Source: the human T2T-CHM13v2.0 reference genome, Homo sapiens | Reading direction: 5' to 3' (one strand) | Assembly: GCF_009914755.1 (NCBI RefSeq) | Contig: NC_060934.1 | Length of the DNA stretch: 64,000 nt | Shown here: one piece after another, positions 41,892 through 57,185 of the stretch | How positions within the stretch are numbered: position 1 is the first letter of the stretch | How the letters are laid out: the number at the start of each line of letters is the position of its first letter | Notes under the pieces: model-generated | What the model was told of the DNA's origin: nothing | The model's database searches: none | What the model saw: the letters and a program-made list of their open reading frames with translations, nothing else | Program-made: the position numbers and the translations under genes

Positions 41892-43501
41892 CTGCAGAAT
41901 GCCAAGCAGGAGAATTAGGTTACAGAACCACCAACACCAAGCTTACCAGGGACATGCAGTGCTGCATTGCATGGTATCAAACATCTTTTAGAATACCAGC
42001 AACACAGGCCAAGCCATGATTGTCATCCACAGCTGTATGCATGAAGCTCCCAAGGGCTTTACTTGGGATGACAGCCCATGGAGGGCATAGCAGTATTGAT
42101 TAAATAATTAACTCAGTGCTCTTAGATGGCAGGTTGTGCACAAGGCCAAAAGAGAATTTCAGTCTTCCAGACTGAAAACCATGGTGACATCTTTGGTTCT
42201 TGCTCATTTATTGTTGACGTATAGCAAGCAGCAATTTCTGCCTTTCTTAGTTATTTAATCTCAGTATTCTTTATTTTTAAGGAGTATTCCCATTTTGTTC
42301 ATTGCTGCGACCCCTGATAGCCAATAAATCATCCCTCAACATTTTTTGGCTTTATGAATGTATAATTGTTATATGAAAACATGCACACACTTAATGGATA
42401 CATCTGGATGGATTTGGGCATGTGCATATACCTGTGATACCATCACTGCAAACGATGCATTAAACATGCCCATCACCTCCAAACATTTTCTTATGTCCTT
42501 TTGTGTGTGGTTTTGGTTTTAGTTTTTGGATTTTTTTTTTTTTTTGCAAGAACACTTGACATGAGATCAACTATCTTAAACATATTTTAAAGTATGCATA
42601 CTGTTAATAACAGGTATAAGGGGTTAATATCTAAACTATGTAAAAATCTACAATGCAATAGCAAAAAAACAAACAAATAACCCAGTTGAAAAATGGGGGA
42701 AAAAAAACTTGCATAAGCATTTCTCCAAAGAAGTCATCACTCCAATTTGAAACAGTTTTTCATCAGGTTATTCCTTGGCTGCAGGAATGAGAATGTTTTC
42801 CTCTTTCCTAGCACAGGACATTGTGACATCTTTGTTTGCTCCTTACCTCCCCCAACAAATGGCCCCACTCAGACTTATGGTGCCCATATACTTCCCGAAG
42901 CTCCAATCTTGTCCCATGGGGAAGGGATTTGGAAAGGCTTCTGGCCCTTTTATCATCAAGGGGAAATAAATTGCTACTTGTTTTCAGTCAGAAAAAAAGT
43001 TACTGGTGTTATTACATTTACACATTACTAGTGAGAGAGGTTTCTGTGCTGCAGAAGGTATTTAGTGGCACTATAATCCCACGTTTCCATTTTTCTCACT
43101 TCCATGCACATGGAAAGTCAGAAACCAGGATCCATCACTGAATTTTAACCATTTTTTTCTGCTCCCTTGTCTGGGTGACATGTGAGCCAAGACCATTGCC
43201 TTCACCATGGGATGGGTAGTCTAGGGACCAGCTCAGCACTAGACAAAAGAGGCAAGTGTACTTTAAAAAATACAATTAGCAGACAATTTTTAGAGCAGTT
43301 TTAAGTTAAGAGAAACATTGATAGGAAAGCACAGAGTTCAACATATCACCTCTCCCACCCACCCTTACCCCTACTCTCTCCTCTTATTTAAGTTGTATTA
43401 GTGTGAAACATTTGCTACAATTGATGAACCAATATTGATACATTATCACAAGGTTCACTCTCCATTGTACACTCTATGGGTTTTGACAAATGTATGTCAT
43501 G

Positions 43502-44051
43502 TGTATTAGTCAGGGTTCTCTAGAGGGACAGAACTCATAGGATAGATGTATATGTAAGGGGAACTTATTAAGGAGCATTGACTCACACGATCACAAGGTG
43601 AAGTCCCACAATAGGCCGTCTGCAAGCTGAGAAGCAAGGAAGCCAGTCTGAGTCCCAAAAACTCAAAAGTAGGGAAGCCGATAGTGCAGCCTTCAGTCTG
43701 TGGCCGAAGGCCTGAGAACCCCTGACAACCCACTGGTATAGGTCCAAGAGTCCCAAAGCTGAAGAACCTGGAGTCTGATGTTTGACACCAGGAAGCATCC
43801 AGCACATGAGAAGGATGGAGGCCAGAAGACTCAGCACATTCTAGTCCTTCCATTTTTCTCTGCCTGCTTTTGTTCTGGGCATGCTGGCAGCTGATTAGAT
43901 GGTGCCCACTCAGATTGAGGGGGGGTCTGCCTTTCCCAGTCCATTGACTCAAGTGTTAATCTCCCTTGGCAACACCCTCACAGACACACCCAGAAACAAT
44001 ACTTTGCATCCTATAATCCAGTCAGGTTGACACTCAATATTAACCATTGCA
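43502..44051 (-). mobile_element. MLT2A (ERVL) solo LTR
   Basis: tgtattagtcagggttctctagagggacagaact...gttgacactcaatattaacc; TSD tcatg/acatg. Confidence 0.9.
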
Positions 44052-44923
44052 ACATGTATCCACCACTACTAGATCATACAATATGGTTTCACTGCCCTAA
44101 AACCTCTGTATTTTACCTATTCATTCCTCCTTCCCTCTCCCTGAGTCCCTGGAATCCACTGATCTTTTATTTTGAGCAGTTTTAGGTTTACAGAAAAAAA
44201 TGAGAAAAAAAATGCAGAGTTCTCATATATACCTCCATACCTCTCTCCCCAATCGCCCCAATTATTATCTTACAATAATGTGGTATATTTCTTATAATTG
44301 GCCAGCCAATATTGATACATTATAATTAAGTAAAGTCCATAGTTTACATTAGGGAATATTATTTGTGGTAACGTTCTACGGGTCTTGACAAATGGATAAT
44401 CACCGTTACAGAGTCTATGAAATAATAATTACACACCCCTAAAAATCCCCTGTGCTCCACCTACTCATCCATTTCTCCCCCAACCCCTGACCTGACAACC
44501 ACTGATCTTTTTACTGTATCCATTGTTTTGCATTTTCCAGAATGTTATAGAGTTTGGATTAGATAGTATGTAGCCTTTCTAGATTGGCTTCTTTTACTTA
44601 GTAATGTGTATTTAAGGTTTCTCTATGGCTTGATAGCTCCATTTGTTTTTCATGCTGAATAATATTCCATTGTTTGGATGTAGCACAGCTTATCCATTTA
44701 CCTGCTGAAGGACAGATTGGTTGCTTCAAAGTTTTGGCAACGATGAATAAATCTGCTATAAGCATCCTTGGGCAGGTTTATGTGTGGGTATATGTTTTCA
44801 ACTCATTTAGGCAAATGTCAGAAAGCATGACTGCTGACTGCTGGATCATGTGGTGAGAGTATGTATAGTTTTGTAAGAAATTGCCAAACTGTCTTCCAAA
44901 GTGGCTGTATCATTTTGTATTTT

Positions 44924-45553
44924 TGAGAGTGGCAGGATGCAGCCAAATGCCTAGGCAGATAGGGGTGAGTCCTCAGTGAAACCCCACCTCCAACCCCAGC
45001 ACAGTTTAAAGCTTGAAAGCCAAACTACAAGTTAAATCCTCAAACCAGATTGAGAATTTGTCTTCCTGTTTGTCGCACTTTCCTGTGATTGATCCCATCC
45101 TTCACCTATTTTACATATACCTAGCCTTTCCTAATGGGTTTTCTACACTGTCATGTCCACCTTTGAGTGGTATCTTCACTTTAACCTTTTTTGCATACTC
45201 ACAAACCAATCAGCATGCACTCCCCCTTCTGAGTCCATAAAAGCCCCAGACCCAACCACATGGGGGGACTTTCCTGCCTTTGGGTAGGGGGAACAACACT
45301 GCATCCCATCTCTGCTGAAAGCCATTTTCCTCGCTTAATGAAATTCTTCTCCTCCCTCCACACCCTTCAATGTCCAGCATATTCTCATTCTTCTTGGGTG
45401 CGGTACAAGAGCTCAAGAACCACCAAACACAGGTACAAGCTATAATATAGGCAAGCTAGGGCACACCAGCATGGCCGAGTGAGGCCCAGGTGGGGCATCA
45501 CCAGCTGGGGATCTTTGACTTGTAAAGTGACCAAAAAGAAAAATCCTACATCA
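44924..45553 (+). mobile_element. ERV1 solo LTR (LTR27/LTR28 group, subfamily uncertain)
   Basis: TG...CA termini, gcagccaaatgcctaggcagataggg start, CCAAT and cataaaa promoter elements, TSD tttt. Confidence 0.7.
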
Positions 45554-46550
45554 TTTTCACCAGCAATTAAGAAGAGTTTCAGTTTCCCTATATTCTCACC
45601 AGTGGTTGGTGTTGTCAGTGCTTTGGAGTTTGCCCATTCTAATAAGTGTGCAGTAATTAATTTATGATTGTCTAGTGATATATGATGTTTAGCAACTTTA
45701 TTGGATTATTTGCCATCTGTATATCTTTGTTAAACTGTTCAGATCTTTTGCTCATTTCTACATTGGGTTGCTTATGGTTTCTTAACCTTGAGTCTTAAGA
45801 TTTCTTTGTATAATTTGGAAATCAATTTTTTATCAGATATATGTTTTGCAAATATTTTCTCCCATAAATGGTTTGTCTCCTCATTCTCTTGGCAGTGTCT
45901 TTCACAAAGCAGAATTTGTTAACTTTAATGAAATCCAGCTTATCCATTCTTTCTTTCTTGGATCATGCCCTTGGTATTATATCACCATACCCAAGGTTTT
46001 CTAGTTTTTCATTTATATATTCTAGGAGTTTTATAGTTTTGTATTTTACCTTTAGGTCTGTGATCCATTTTGAGTTAATTTTCATGAAGGATGGAAAGTC
46101 TGTGTCTAATTCCTTTTTAAAATGTTTGAATGTGGATGTCCAGTATTTCCAGCATCATTTGTCAAAAAGGTTATTTTCTCCATTGAATTGCTTTGCTCCT
46201 TTGTCAAGATCAGATGACTGTATCTGTGTGGGCCTATTTCTGGGATCTCTCTGTTCTGTCCCATTGATCTATTTGTCTGTTCTTTCACCAATACCACACT
46301 GTCTTTATAGTATCTCTTAAAGATGGGTAGTTTTAGTTATCTGACTTTGTTCTTCAGTATTGTTTTGGCTATTCTTGGTTTCTTAATTTTCAGTGTGAAC
46401 TTTAAGATTAGATCATTGGTATTCCCAAAAATAACTTACTGGTAATTTCATTGGGATTGCATTGAATCTATAGGTCAAATTGTAAAGAACTTACACCTTC
46501 ATATAGCATCTTCCTACACATTTAAATATAGTGTCTTTTCATTTATTTAA

Positions 46551-46921
<371 letters not shown>

Positions 46922-49149
46922 CACTTTGTTAGATTTATACCAAAATGTTTCTTTGTATGGTGCTAATATAAATGGCATTGTGTTTTTAATTGTAAACGCC
47001 ACTTTTTCATTGCTGACATATAGAAAAGCAATTGATTTTTGTATATTAACCTCATATACTGCAACCTTTCTATAATCACTTATGAGTTCCAGGAGATTTT
47101 ATTGATTCTTTCAGCTGGAATTGAGTATTTCTTTTCCCTCAGGTTAGATTCAAGTAAAACCTCAGGCATAGGCTCTAGTAAAATATCTTCTGCTGAGGTC
47201 AGGCCCTTTTAGGAAAACATGGCTGCTTTGGGCTCCTCCAGCCGGAAGCATGAGGGAAATTTTCTCTGGTATTCACTGAGAAAACTTGGTAGGCTCTAGA
47301 GGTAAAATTCACAAAAGCGTGGAGGCCTCCATAAGAATGGATGTCCCTGGAGCTTTTCTCTCTCAGACTTGTTCACATTGAGCTCCCAGCAATTCATTAA
47401 TAACAGTGTAGGTTTTCCTACTCAGCACTGGCCCCAGCTGTGGTTTTTGCTTCCTGGCTTCTGCAAGGCACTGATCATGTCTCTATCAGCCTATCCCTCC
47501 AAGTTTTGGAGGCAGCATTTTGCCCTGTGACCTCAATTATCTGTTGAGTCTAATTGTTAGTTTTCCATCTGTTGAATTGCTTACATTATTTGAGGACGTG
47601 AGTAATGACTTTCCAGCTTGTGATCCACCAGCCCAGAAACCAAAAGTTTAGTAAATGAACTTTTCGCTGCATATTTTTCTTACTCTTTGTTCCCTGACTC
47701 CAGTGATTTGATAAGAGGAATCGACAGAGATCCAAAGAAAAGCAAGAGACCTCATTAAGGTTCACTTGAAGCATGTTCTCCCACGCAGCCTGCAGGCAAG
47801 GTCCTGCACTGGGTTACAGGGGCTGGGTTAGTCATCAGGCACACACCAACTTTCTATGGAACTGTTGCATGTGTGTTTGCTTAGTCATGGACACTAAATG
47901 GGAAGGAAGGGTAGTTCATTAGACTCAGGGCTTAAAACCTACCTGGACCCTGTAACCCCTCACCTGAGCTAATTTCTCACTATGATCAGTTTGCTGCACA
48001 TAATTAACCAGTTGTACTTCTACTCAAGCTTCCTAGGCCATGTAAAGTCCCTCCCAGCCAATCAGCCTTCACTTGGCCAAATTCCTTTCACCCTTTAGAG
48101 TTCAAGGTAATGTCCAAGTTCCCCTTTGGGTCTCCATCAACTACTGAACTCAAAACCTTTTTTTTTATTTCTCTAAATTGATTATGTCCAAAGTGGAGGT
48201 AAATCTCCTAAGGGTCACAAAAGAAAACTTTTTAGAACTCCTATTTGTATTTTTTATCCAAAAAGATGAAATAAATGAAGATTTACTAATACTCAATTGT
48301 AAATTGATAATCATCCTTACTCAGTCAGCATGTAAGATGTTTACACAGAGATATGACCACCTGGGTGAAGTGTGAGTCTTCCCCAGCACGGACAGATTGC
48401 CCGTTCTTCCTACAGTCATGTGACTTCCTTCACAATCCTCCAGGATACTGCAGTTTATATGTTGCCCATTCAAGTGGCTTTATCTTATTGAGTAGACTTT
48501 AAAAACATCTTTATATTTTTTATTGTGGTTAAACATCCATAACATAAATTTTACCTTTTTTTTAAATCAAGGGGTTCAGTTTGATATTGATTTTTAGTTT
48601 TTTCTTTGAAAATACTCTCAGACTTACAGAATTGTTACAAGTAGTTTGAATAACTTTTGTTTAAATGACAGAATTATTACAGAGTAAGTTGCTAACAGGT
48701 TGTCCCATCATCTCTCAATATTTTAATGTATATTTCCTACAAACAAGGAGAGTCTCCTAATAGCATAATCACAGCCACCACAATCAGGAGGTCAACACAA
48801 CTGATTTTGATGATCTCATGCTTAAACTTTATCATTTCAATGATTTTTAAGTGCCTAGTTTAGTGACATTCAGTGCATTCACATTGTTAGGCAACCTCAC
48901 GTAATCCAAATTTCTCCCAAACTTATGAAAAGTGACTGTTTTTAAAAGACTAGTCTGAATCCAAACAGTCCCTTTTATAAGTTTGGGAGAGATTTTGTAT
49001 TTTGGAGAGGCTCAATGGTTATTTCATGGCACAGCCCTTAAAGGAGTTGTCAGACATAAAAATGAATCATTCATTTTCTTTTACATACAAATTGATTTGA
49101 AATTGTTTTCCAAATTTGCTGAACTTTTCTGTTATAAGAAGTGGTTGTC

Positions 49150-49437
49150 TGCCGGGCGCAGTGGCTCATGTCTGTAATCTCAGCACTTTGGTAGGCCGAA
49201 GCGGGTGGATCACCTGAGGTCAGGTGATCGAGACCAGCCTGGCCAACATGTTGAAACCCTGTCTCTACTAAAAATACAAAAAATTAGCTGGGCGTGGTGG
49301 CGGGTACCTGTATTCCCAGCTATGTGGGAGGCAGAGGTACATGCTTGAACCTGGGAGGCGGAGGTTGCAGTGAGCCGAGATCGTGCCACTGTACTCCAGC
49401 CTTGGCAACAGGAGTAAAACTCTGTCAAAAAAGAAAA
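49150..49437 (+). mobile_element. AluS
   Basis: Approximate TSD aagtggttgtc/aagtggctgtc. Confidence 0.93.
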
Positions 49438-49725
49438 AGTGGCTGTCAGTCATTCACTAGCTCTAACTTCTAGAACAAACTACTATAACACCTAATAGAT
49501 TATACTCTTAGTATTTAAAAAAAAACCTTAGATTTTTTTGATAAAGTGACATGGCCTCATGCACTGTTTTCAACAACTCAGAATGTGTTCTCTTCCCTTG
49601 AAGCATCTGATGTTCAAAGGTAAAATACATGTGAGAAGCATGTCATAAGTAGCCTTGTCAAATCGAGAATAGAGGAAGCCAAAGAGCAGAGGAAGCAGTT
49701 GGTGCGGCAGATGTTTGGGGCTCAT

Positions 49726-49848
49726 CTGGTTGCAGACAGGCTTGTGCTTGAGCCCTGGCTTGTTGAGGATCATTTCCAGTTGCCTGCAGTTGAAGTTGGA
49801 CACCCTGATGGACTTGGCCAATCCTGCATCCTTACACTTCTCCAGGGC
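49726..49848 (-). pseudogene. AKR1C6P: AKR1C6P exon 5 ([20 protein letters not shown]...KPVCNQ), donor mutated GT->AT
   Basis: 123 nt; cag|ATgagc at 49724-49725. Confidence 0.93.
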
Positions 49849-50083
49849 CTGGAGAGGAAGGTGTTGTGAGGAGTAATCTGTATAGCAGGCTAGAGGCAAA
49901 TAATAAACGTACACACGCTAGGAGTAGGCGAAGGGTGGGAGAGTGTATAAGACAGTGGGAGAGACACAGCCTTGCAAAGTGCAGATGTCAATCAATAAGG
50001 CATGAATGGACTGAGTAAGAGAAAAACGAAAAGTAAACAGGTAAAATAAATGGGCACAAAGATGAAATAAAAAAAGAATGTGA

Positions 50084-50443
<360 letters not shown>

Positions 50444-50659
50444 CTAGAAAAGTTTGATGGAGCAATGGCAAAACAAGTACCAACAAGGAAGTGTAGCAGG
50501 TGTGGCCTGAGAGGCAGGCCTTCCACCTACAAAACCACCAGCTTCTACTTTCTGACCTAATTCCCTGCACTGTCCACTCACTCACAGTGTCCAGTCTCAC
50601 ATGTCCTCTTGCTGTTCTTGGACATGCTAGTGTCTCTCCCCTCTTAAAAACGTTGCTGT

Positions 50660-51290
<631 letters not shown>

Positions 51291-51665
51291 GCTTTCAAAA
51301 AGGCCTACCCTGCCACTCTGTTTTTCATTGCCAGTCTGTGCCCCAAACCAACTCCAGCGCTCAGCTTTATTTCTCACCTCCACCCACCACAGCACCTATC
51401 CATGCCTGGGCCAGCACCCTGGTTCTCTTCACTGATGTTGCCTGGGTAAGAAGAGTAGAACTTGATACGCTGTAGGCACTCAATGCATACTTGCTGGATG
51501 ATTAAGTGAATGAAATGTGAAAACAGAGGCAGAGAGACATTCGGGACTCTCCCCAGTCTGAACACTGGGCAGAATTAGACCAGGTCCAGTTCCCTGAATT
51601 CCTTGTACATTTTTCCTCTCCCCCACAAGGTGCAGAGATGTTGTGCTCACTGGAGCTGCACTTAC

Positions 51666-51742
51666 CTCCCATGTGCTGCAGAGACCCACTGTGTCAAACA
51701 TGATCTTTCCCTGTGCATCCGTCAGCAAAAGCTCCTCCCAGG
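51666..51742 (-). pseudogene. AKR1C6P: AKR1C6P exon 4 (77 nt, 1-nt deletion)
   Basis: PG-fs-ELLLTDAQGKIMFDTVGLCSTWE|GTaag; read as spliced it gives PGRSFC* (TGA at 51722-51724). Confidence 0.92.
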
Positions 51743-52412
51743 CTGGAACATGGAAAGAAAGAGAGTTTGCACAAAGCTCTGTCTGGCCTCAGCCAAGCTT
51801 GGGGCCCATAAACCTTGAGACTGATAGAACCATCTGTCCTTATTCTTGAACAGAATTGTAAAATTAGGCTAACGGCAAAGGAAGTACATGCAGGAAATAT
51901 GCGTCCTAGAAATGCTTTCGAGCGTTACAGATTCAATAAATCTTGTCTGTGTCAAGGTTAAGCTGAGGCACCTAGGATCCCATCCTAGGCAGACTCTAGG
52001 GTGGTATGATGCCCAGCAGGTCCCCTGGTCCTGGATCCTTGCAAAGAGCTCTCTCCCTTGCCAGTGACTTATCAGCATTCAAAGCTGAGTGTCGTCCTCA
52101 CCGAACTTCCTGTTCGTCAACTGAACTCCACTGTCAGCGACGTGGGTTTGAGACTCCAGGGTATAAGAACTTGAAAATGTCGGCAGTACATCCACAACAC
52201 TGAGGCAAAGCTGTGGATACCAGTGAACTCCTGTCACTCTGGGGCTAGAGTTGTGAACTGACTTTGGAATAGTTTCAGAAAAATAAAAATAAAAAGCACA
52301 AGAGAGAATCTTAAAGTATTATTTATCTTCTCATCCTCACAAACTGATTCCTCTCTTGCGTTCAGTTACTAATATTTATGTTGATCACTAAAGTAAAACA
52401 ACTTGAGCTAAC

Positions 52413-52529
52413 CTGCAAAGGTACTGGGAAATGAAAAAGGTAAAGATCCATGTAGCTCAGCTGAAGTTTCTTCAGTGACATTTCAAGGCCTCTTTGGACC
52501 AATTCTGGGCGGGAAAAGGTGCCCCACAC
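52413..52529 (-). pseudogene. AKR1C6P: AKR1C6P exon 3 (VWGTFSRPELVQRGLEMSLKKLQLSYMDLYLFHFPVPLQ)
   Basis: 117 nt, AG/GT intact; His117 equivalent retained. Confidence 0.93.
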
Positions 52530-54164
52530 CTGCAATGGTTGAAAGAGAAGTTGTGTGAGATTATTTCTTCAAAAGTCTTCGAGAGAGCTTAGTGAAATGG
52601 CAAATAAACATCAGCAGCCAAACCCTCTTAGAGAAGTGACAAGTTACTTCCAGTGTATGCATAAGTTCTTAATCATCATAGCAGATTTTCATATGGAATG
52701 AAGATGATAAATGTAGGAAAAAAATACGAGTTTCAGCAGAGATTCTCAAACTTTAGAATGTAAAAGAATAATCTGATTTGCTTGTGCAAAATGTATTCCT
52801 GGGTTCTACTCCAAACGTAATAAATCACAACATCTGGAGAGTGGACTGGGAAATTGCCTGCCAGACAAGAGCCCGAAGTGATGGTGATTCAGTAGGCTCT
52901 GGCTTGACTGTATTAAATGGTTAGGTTTCCCAAAGAATGGCCATAGGGGAAATCTTTTTGGGGTGCTTCAGTTACCTCATTCTAAGCAGCAGTAATCTAG
53001 GGGAAGAAATCATCAAAATGACTAAAACTAAGGAAACCAATGTTTCGTACGATGTTTTGTACAAAGGGTCACACATTTAGTACGAAAAGAGAGTTAAAAG
53101 ATGAGACTGAGAAGGCTACTGCACAGCTAAAGGCAGTCAAATGTCACATGCTGGGCTGGAAGGAGGAAACTTTTTTATCAACTTGCATGGGATTCACTTG
53201 CATGGGCCTAAGTGCTGTCTCTGTGGACTACTTCCCGTCACGTTTAAATGTTTTCTGTTTTGTTTTGTTTTTTGTTTTTTCTAGCAGTAGTCAGTTCAGT
53301 GAACACTAGGGTAAAAATTGCTTTGGGGTTCCTTTTCCTATCTGACTTAAACACCTAAGTTCTTTTACTTGTTTTAGATATGACGCTAGTGAATATGAAG
53401 AATATTATTAATAGAAGAAAATGGCTCAAGGGTTTAAAAAATACATAAGTACATTTACAAACATTAACTTAATCTTCAGAGAAATAAACATTTATTGACC
53501 ACAAAATAGGTTGAGATGTCACGATGAAGGCTTAGAGAGGTTAAAAAACTTGTTTTTTGGTTAAGAAATTTCACCAAGTCAAATGGAATATTCAAGAACT
53601 AAAATTTGATCCTAGTTCATCTGTTTCCAAAGCCTACACTTTCTGACTAAATCACATTACCTCATACTTTAGCTAAGAAAGATTAAGTCAGTTTGTCAAA
53701 ACTTGACTATAGTAGAGTAGGAAGGGTCAAATCATTTCTGAGTTAAAACATATGATAATAATAACAGCATTTTTGAGCATCTGAAATGTATCAAATACTT
53801 TTCAGCAAGATTTATATGTATTTTTAAAAGTGTAACACTCATGAAAATCCTGTGAGATAAATAATACTGTCTCCATTTTACAACTTGGGAAACTGAAGGA
53901 TAGTATTTTAGTAGCTTGTCCAAGGTCGCACATATTCATTTATTTTTACACTTGCTATAGACTAGGGAAGGTCACACATTTAGAAAGTGGCAGAGCCTGG
54001 ATTCAAATATTAAAGTCCCATTACAGAATCCACATTCCTAACCAGACTTCTCATGAGGCAAGGTCTGAGTAAATGAAGATTAAACTAATGAAGAGAAATT
54101 TGCCAAGGAGCTCTACAGCTAAGAGTGAGCTCTCCACAGAAACAGATGCATTGGTACACAGCAC

Positions 54165-54332
54165 CTTTGTGGTATAGAATATATCTTTTCTCTTCACAGT
54201 GCCGTTGGCAATCTTCTTTCGGATGGCCTGCCCGATGCCTTCTTCATTCAGGTGTGTATAAGCTGAGTCAATATGGCGGTAGCCTACATCAATTGCTACC
54301 TGGACGGCTTCTTCTACATTACTCATAGCAAC
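54165..54332 (-). pseudogene. AKR1C6P: AKR1C6P exon 2 ([10 protein letters not shown]...[12 protein letters not shown]...DIFYTTK)
   Basis: 168 nt, AG/GT intact; Tyr55 position is His. Confidence 0.93.
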
Positions 54333-54879
54333 CTGGAAGAGCATAAAGAGATAAAGATTTGTTTGACTCAGGAACAGATGATCAATTCTCTTAGCAGAGA
54401 TATTCAAAAGAACCTTTTTTTTCCCTACTAAGGGCTAAGAGCTACAGGTGGCAAAGCTAAATGTTGAGTAAAAATCAATGGTAAATGTTTAACAGCTAGC
54501 TCTGAGGAAGTCCTGGTTTGTAGTATTTGCCAGTTTCAATAGTGTAAATACTCCCACCATGGATAAGTTCAAGCTTGCCAAATTGGGCAAAGATGCTCAC
54601 AATACACTCTTTTGAGTCCTCATGAGCACGTCACAGTCTTTAAACCTCTATTTATGTATTTATAGAATGTATATGATCTATAGATTTGCACAATCTATAG
54701 ATTTACATTCCTAACTTAATTTGCTCTATAAGAGATTATGAAATTGGTTTTGATCCAATAATTTAATGCTAATAATTATCTATCCGCATAAAGATATAAC
54801 TTTAGACACAATAAATTATTAATTTACCTATCTAAACTTGGAAAAACAAAGAACATTTGAGGAAGAACAAAAATAGGAA

Positions 54880-55030
54880 TCATTTTAAAAAATCATTTTA
54901 AAAGAAAATTTTTAAAGAAATAGCTTTTAAAATAAAATAAGCTATTTTCTTTTAAAATATTTTAAAATAAATTATTTTATTTTTAAAATAAAAAATTATT
55001 TTAAAAGAAAAACTTTTTTCACTTAAAAAA
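54880..55030. repeat. AT-rich low-complexity tract with repeated TTTTAAAA
   Basis: Directly visible. Confidence 0.8.
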
Positions 55031-55849
55031 ACTCATAATTAATTCTTCTTTTGGTTGCTTTGCTGGTTCTTAGGCATCACTTTCTCCTTCACATCTTTCT
55101 TATATTTTTTTATTCTCCTGGCCCACCAGCCTGGACTCTTTAAGTCATCCATAATTTTTCTGTTTATATTAGCACCCCCTACACCTCACTCAGTAATTAT
55201 AATGCCTTTTGGGTATATTTGTTTCATTTCTATCTACCGTTGAGTCAACTGAGTCCGTAAAGATAAACTATCCCCAGGTTAAAGAGCCAAGGCATGGCAA
55301 AAGCAATACTTCATGAGAGTCTTCTTTGCAGTCCTCAATGGTACACACCATGTTTCTTTTGTGTTGGGAAACAATCCTACAACTTTTATAACATTCTTCA
55401 CCAGGAACCACTGAGATGTGCCCTTGTAGGTCTGGAGTGTTTGATCCAGAAACATGCATGGAGCCAAAGAGAAGAGAATTTTCCAAGTACTACATAACTC
55501 TTTGATGGCACCGTCTTACCAACCTGGCTTCTCAGAGACCGTGGCCACCTTAGACCACACAGCTACCTCTAAGCCTGCCTCTCTTTCCCCAAGTTCCTTT
55601 GCCACACAACTTTCTCTAGATACTCTTATTGGTGGTGAACAGGGAGGACTTGGGTACTAAAAATTACAGCACAACTTTAAAGTTTGCTGTGAAGTTTCTG
55701 GCACATGGTAATCATGTCAATAGTGTTTTATTTCCTCTAATATACTGTGAAAATGGCTACAACTGTACAACAAGAGAGAGTAACAGCCACAGACTTACCC
55801 ACCCCTGAATTCTGAGCAATTGCTTGCACACTTCCATCTCTCTTGACGG

Positions 55850-56035
55850 ACTGCCACTCCAAGCGTGGTTTTGGACAAGCAGCATCAAAATTGCTTGGGA
55901 GCTTATTATAAATGTGAATTTTACAGCCTCATCCAAGATCTACTCAATCAGAACCTTCAGGGATAGAGCCTCCAAATCTGCATTTTTAACAAGATCCTGA
56001 AGTGTTTATATCACTACTAAAACGTGAAAAGCCTT
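55850..56035. mobile_element. MER5-like (hAT-Charlie) DNA transposon
   Basis: gcagcatcaaaattgcttgggagctt...actcaatcagaacc...atctgcatttttaacaag. Confidence 0.6.
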
Positions 56036-56210
56036 TACTTAATCCACAAAGTGGTGAGTAAGGGCTAACTTCTCACCAAGGGCTAACTTGGTGAGAAGTG
56101 TCTTAAAATGAGAAAAGTGAGGCCCACCTGAATTTCCCAAACTCACATAGTGACTAATTCTGATCAGGAACCACCTGCTACTCCTCCATCCCCAATGCCA
56201 TTATGGTTAC

Positions 56211-56297
56211 CTTCCTAGCAACAGAGGTGCCAAACCCCAGAATAGGCATGAACTTTCCATCATTCAGTTTTACAGAAAGGAGTCTGTTAAAACTCAT
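56211..56297 (-). pseudogene. AKR1C6P: AKR1C6P exon 1 coding part (MSFNRLLSVKLNDGKFMPILGFGTSVARK)
   Basis: gaagATGa start, LNDG..MP.LGFGT motif, aag|GTaacc donor. Confidence 0.93.
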
Positions 56298-56744
56298 CTT
56301 CTTTTACTTTTCCTGCAAAGCAGAGGGTTTTTTTCCCTTTATTAAGAGAAATCTGTAGAGAAAAGAAAATACAATGACTATTTTTATAACAACCTTTTTT
56401 TCTTTTGAGATGAAGTCTCACCCTGTCGCGTGACCTCTATATTGATCTTGTATCTTGTATCTATATTCATCTTGTATCCCACAACTTGTCTGAACTTGTT
56501 TATCAGCTCTAATAGTATTCTAGTAGATTCCTTAAGATTTTCTTTTTTCTTTTTTATGAGAATAGAAATGGGGCCTCACTATGTTGACAAGGCTGGTCTC
56601 AAACACTTGGTCTCAAGCAGTCCTCCTACCTCAGCCTCCCTAAATATTGAGATCACAGGTGTGAGCCAATGCGACTAGCCCATAAGATTTTCTACAGGCA
56701 TGATTATGTAATCTGCAGGTAGAAATAGTTTTATTTCTTTTTTA

Positions 56745-57185
56745 TAATGGCTTGGCTGGTGTCCCTCTAAAATTCATGTTTACCCAGAACTTCAGAATAT
56801 GACCTTTTATGGAAATAAAGTTTTTACAGATATAATTAGTTAATATGAGATCATAATGAATTAAGGTGGGTTCTAAAGTCAATGACTAAAGTCTTTAGAA
56901 TAAGAAGAGAGAATACAAATACACACAGAAAAGAAAGCCATGTAACCATGAAGGCAGAGATTGAAGTGATTCAACTATAAGCCAAGGCATGCCAACTGCT
57001 ACTGGGAGCCACCAAAAGCTAGTCAAAGGCAAGGGAACCATCTTCCCGAGAGCTTTCATGGGGAGCATGGCCCTATAAACAACTGGATTTTTGACTCAAG
57101 TCTCCAGAACTGGAAGAGAATACAATCCTCTTTTGTTGTTCTAAACCATCCAATTTGTGAGTAATAGGTTATGGCAGCTCTAAAT
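56745..57185 (+). mobile_element. MLT1 (MLT1C-like) LTR
   Basis: aaattcatgtttacccagaacttcagaatatgacc...gccaaggcatgcc...ctccagaactg. Confidence 0.7.

Noticed and set aside
51971-51989. Short hairpin cctaggat-ccc-atcctagg and a nearby TGACTTATCAGCA ARE-like motif
   Set aside because: An 8-bp stem is expected by chance, and the motif does not fit the TGACnnnGC spacing
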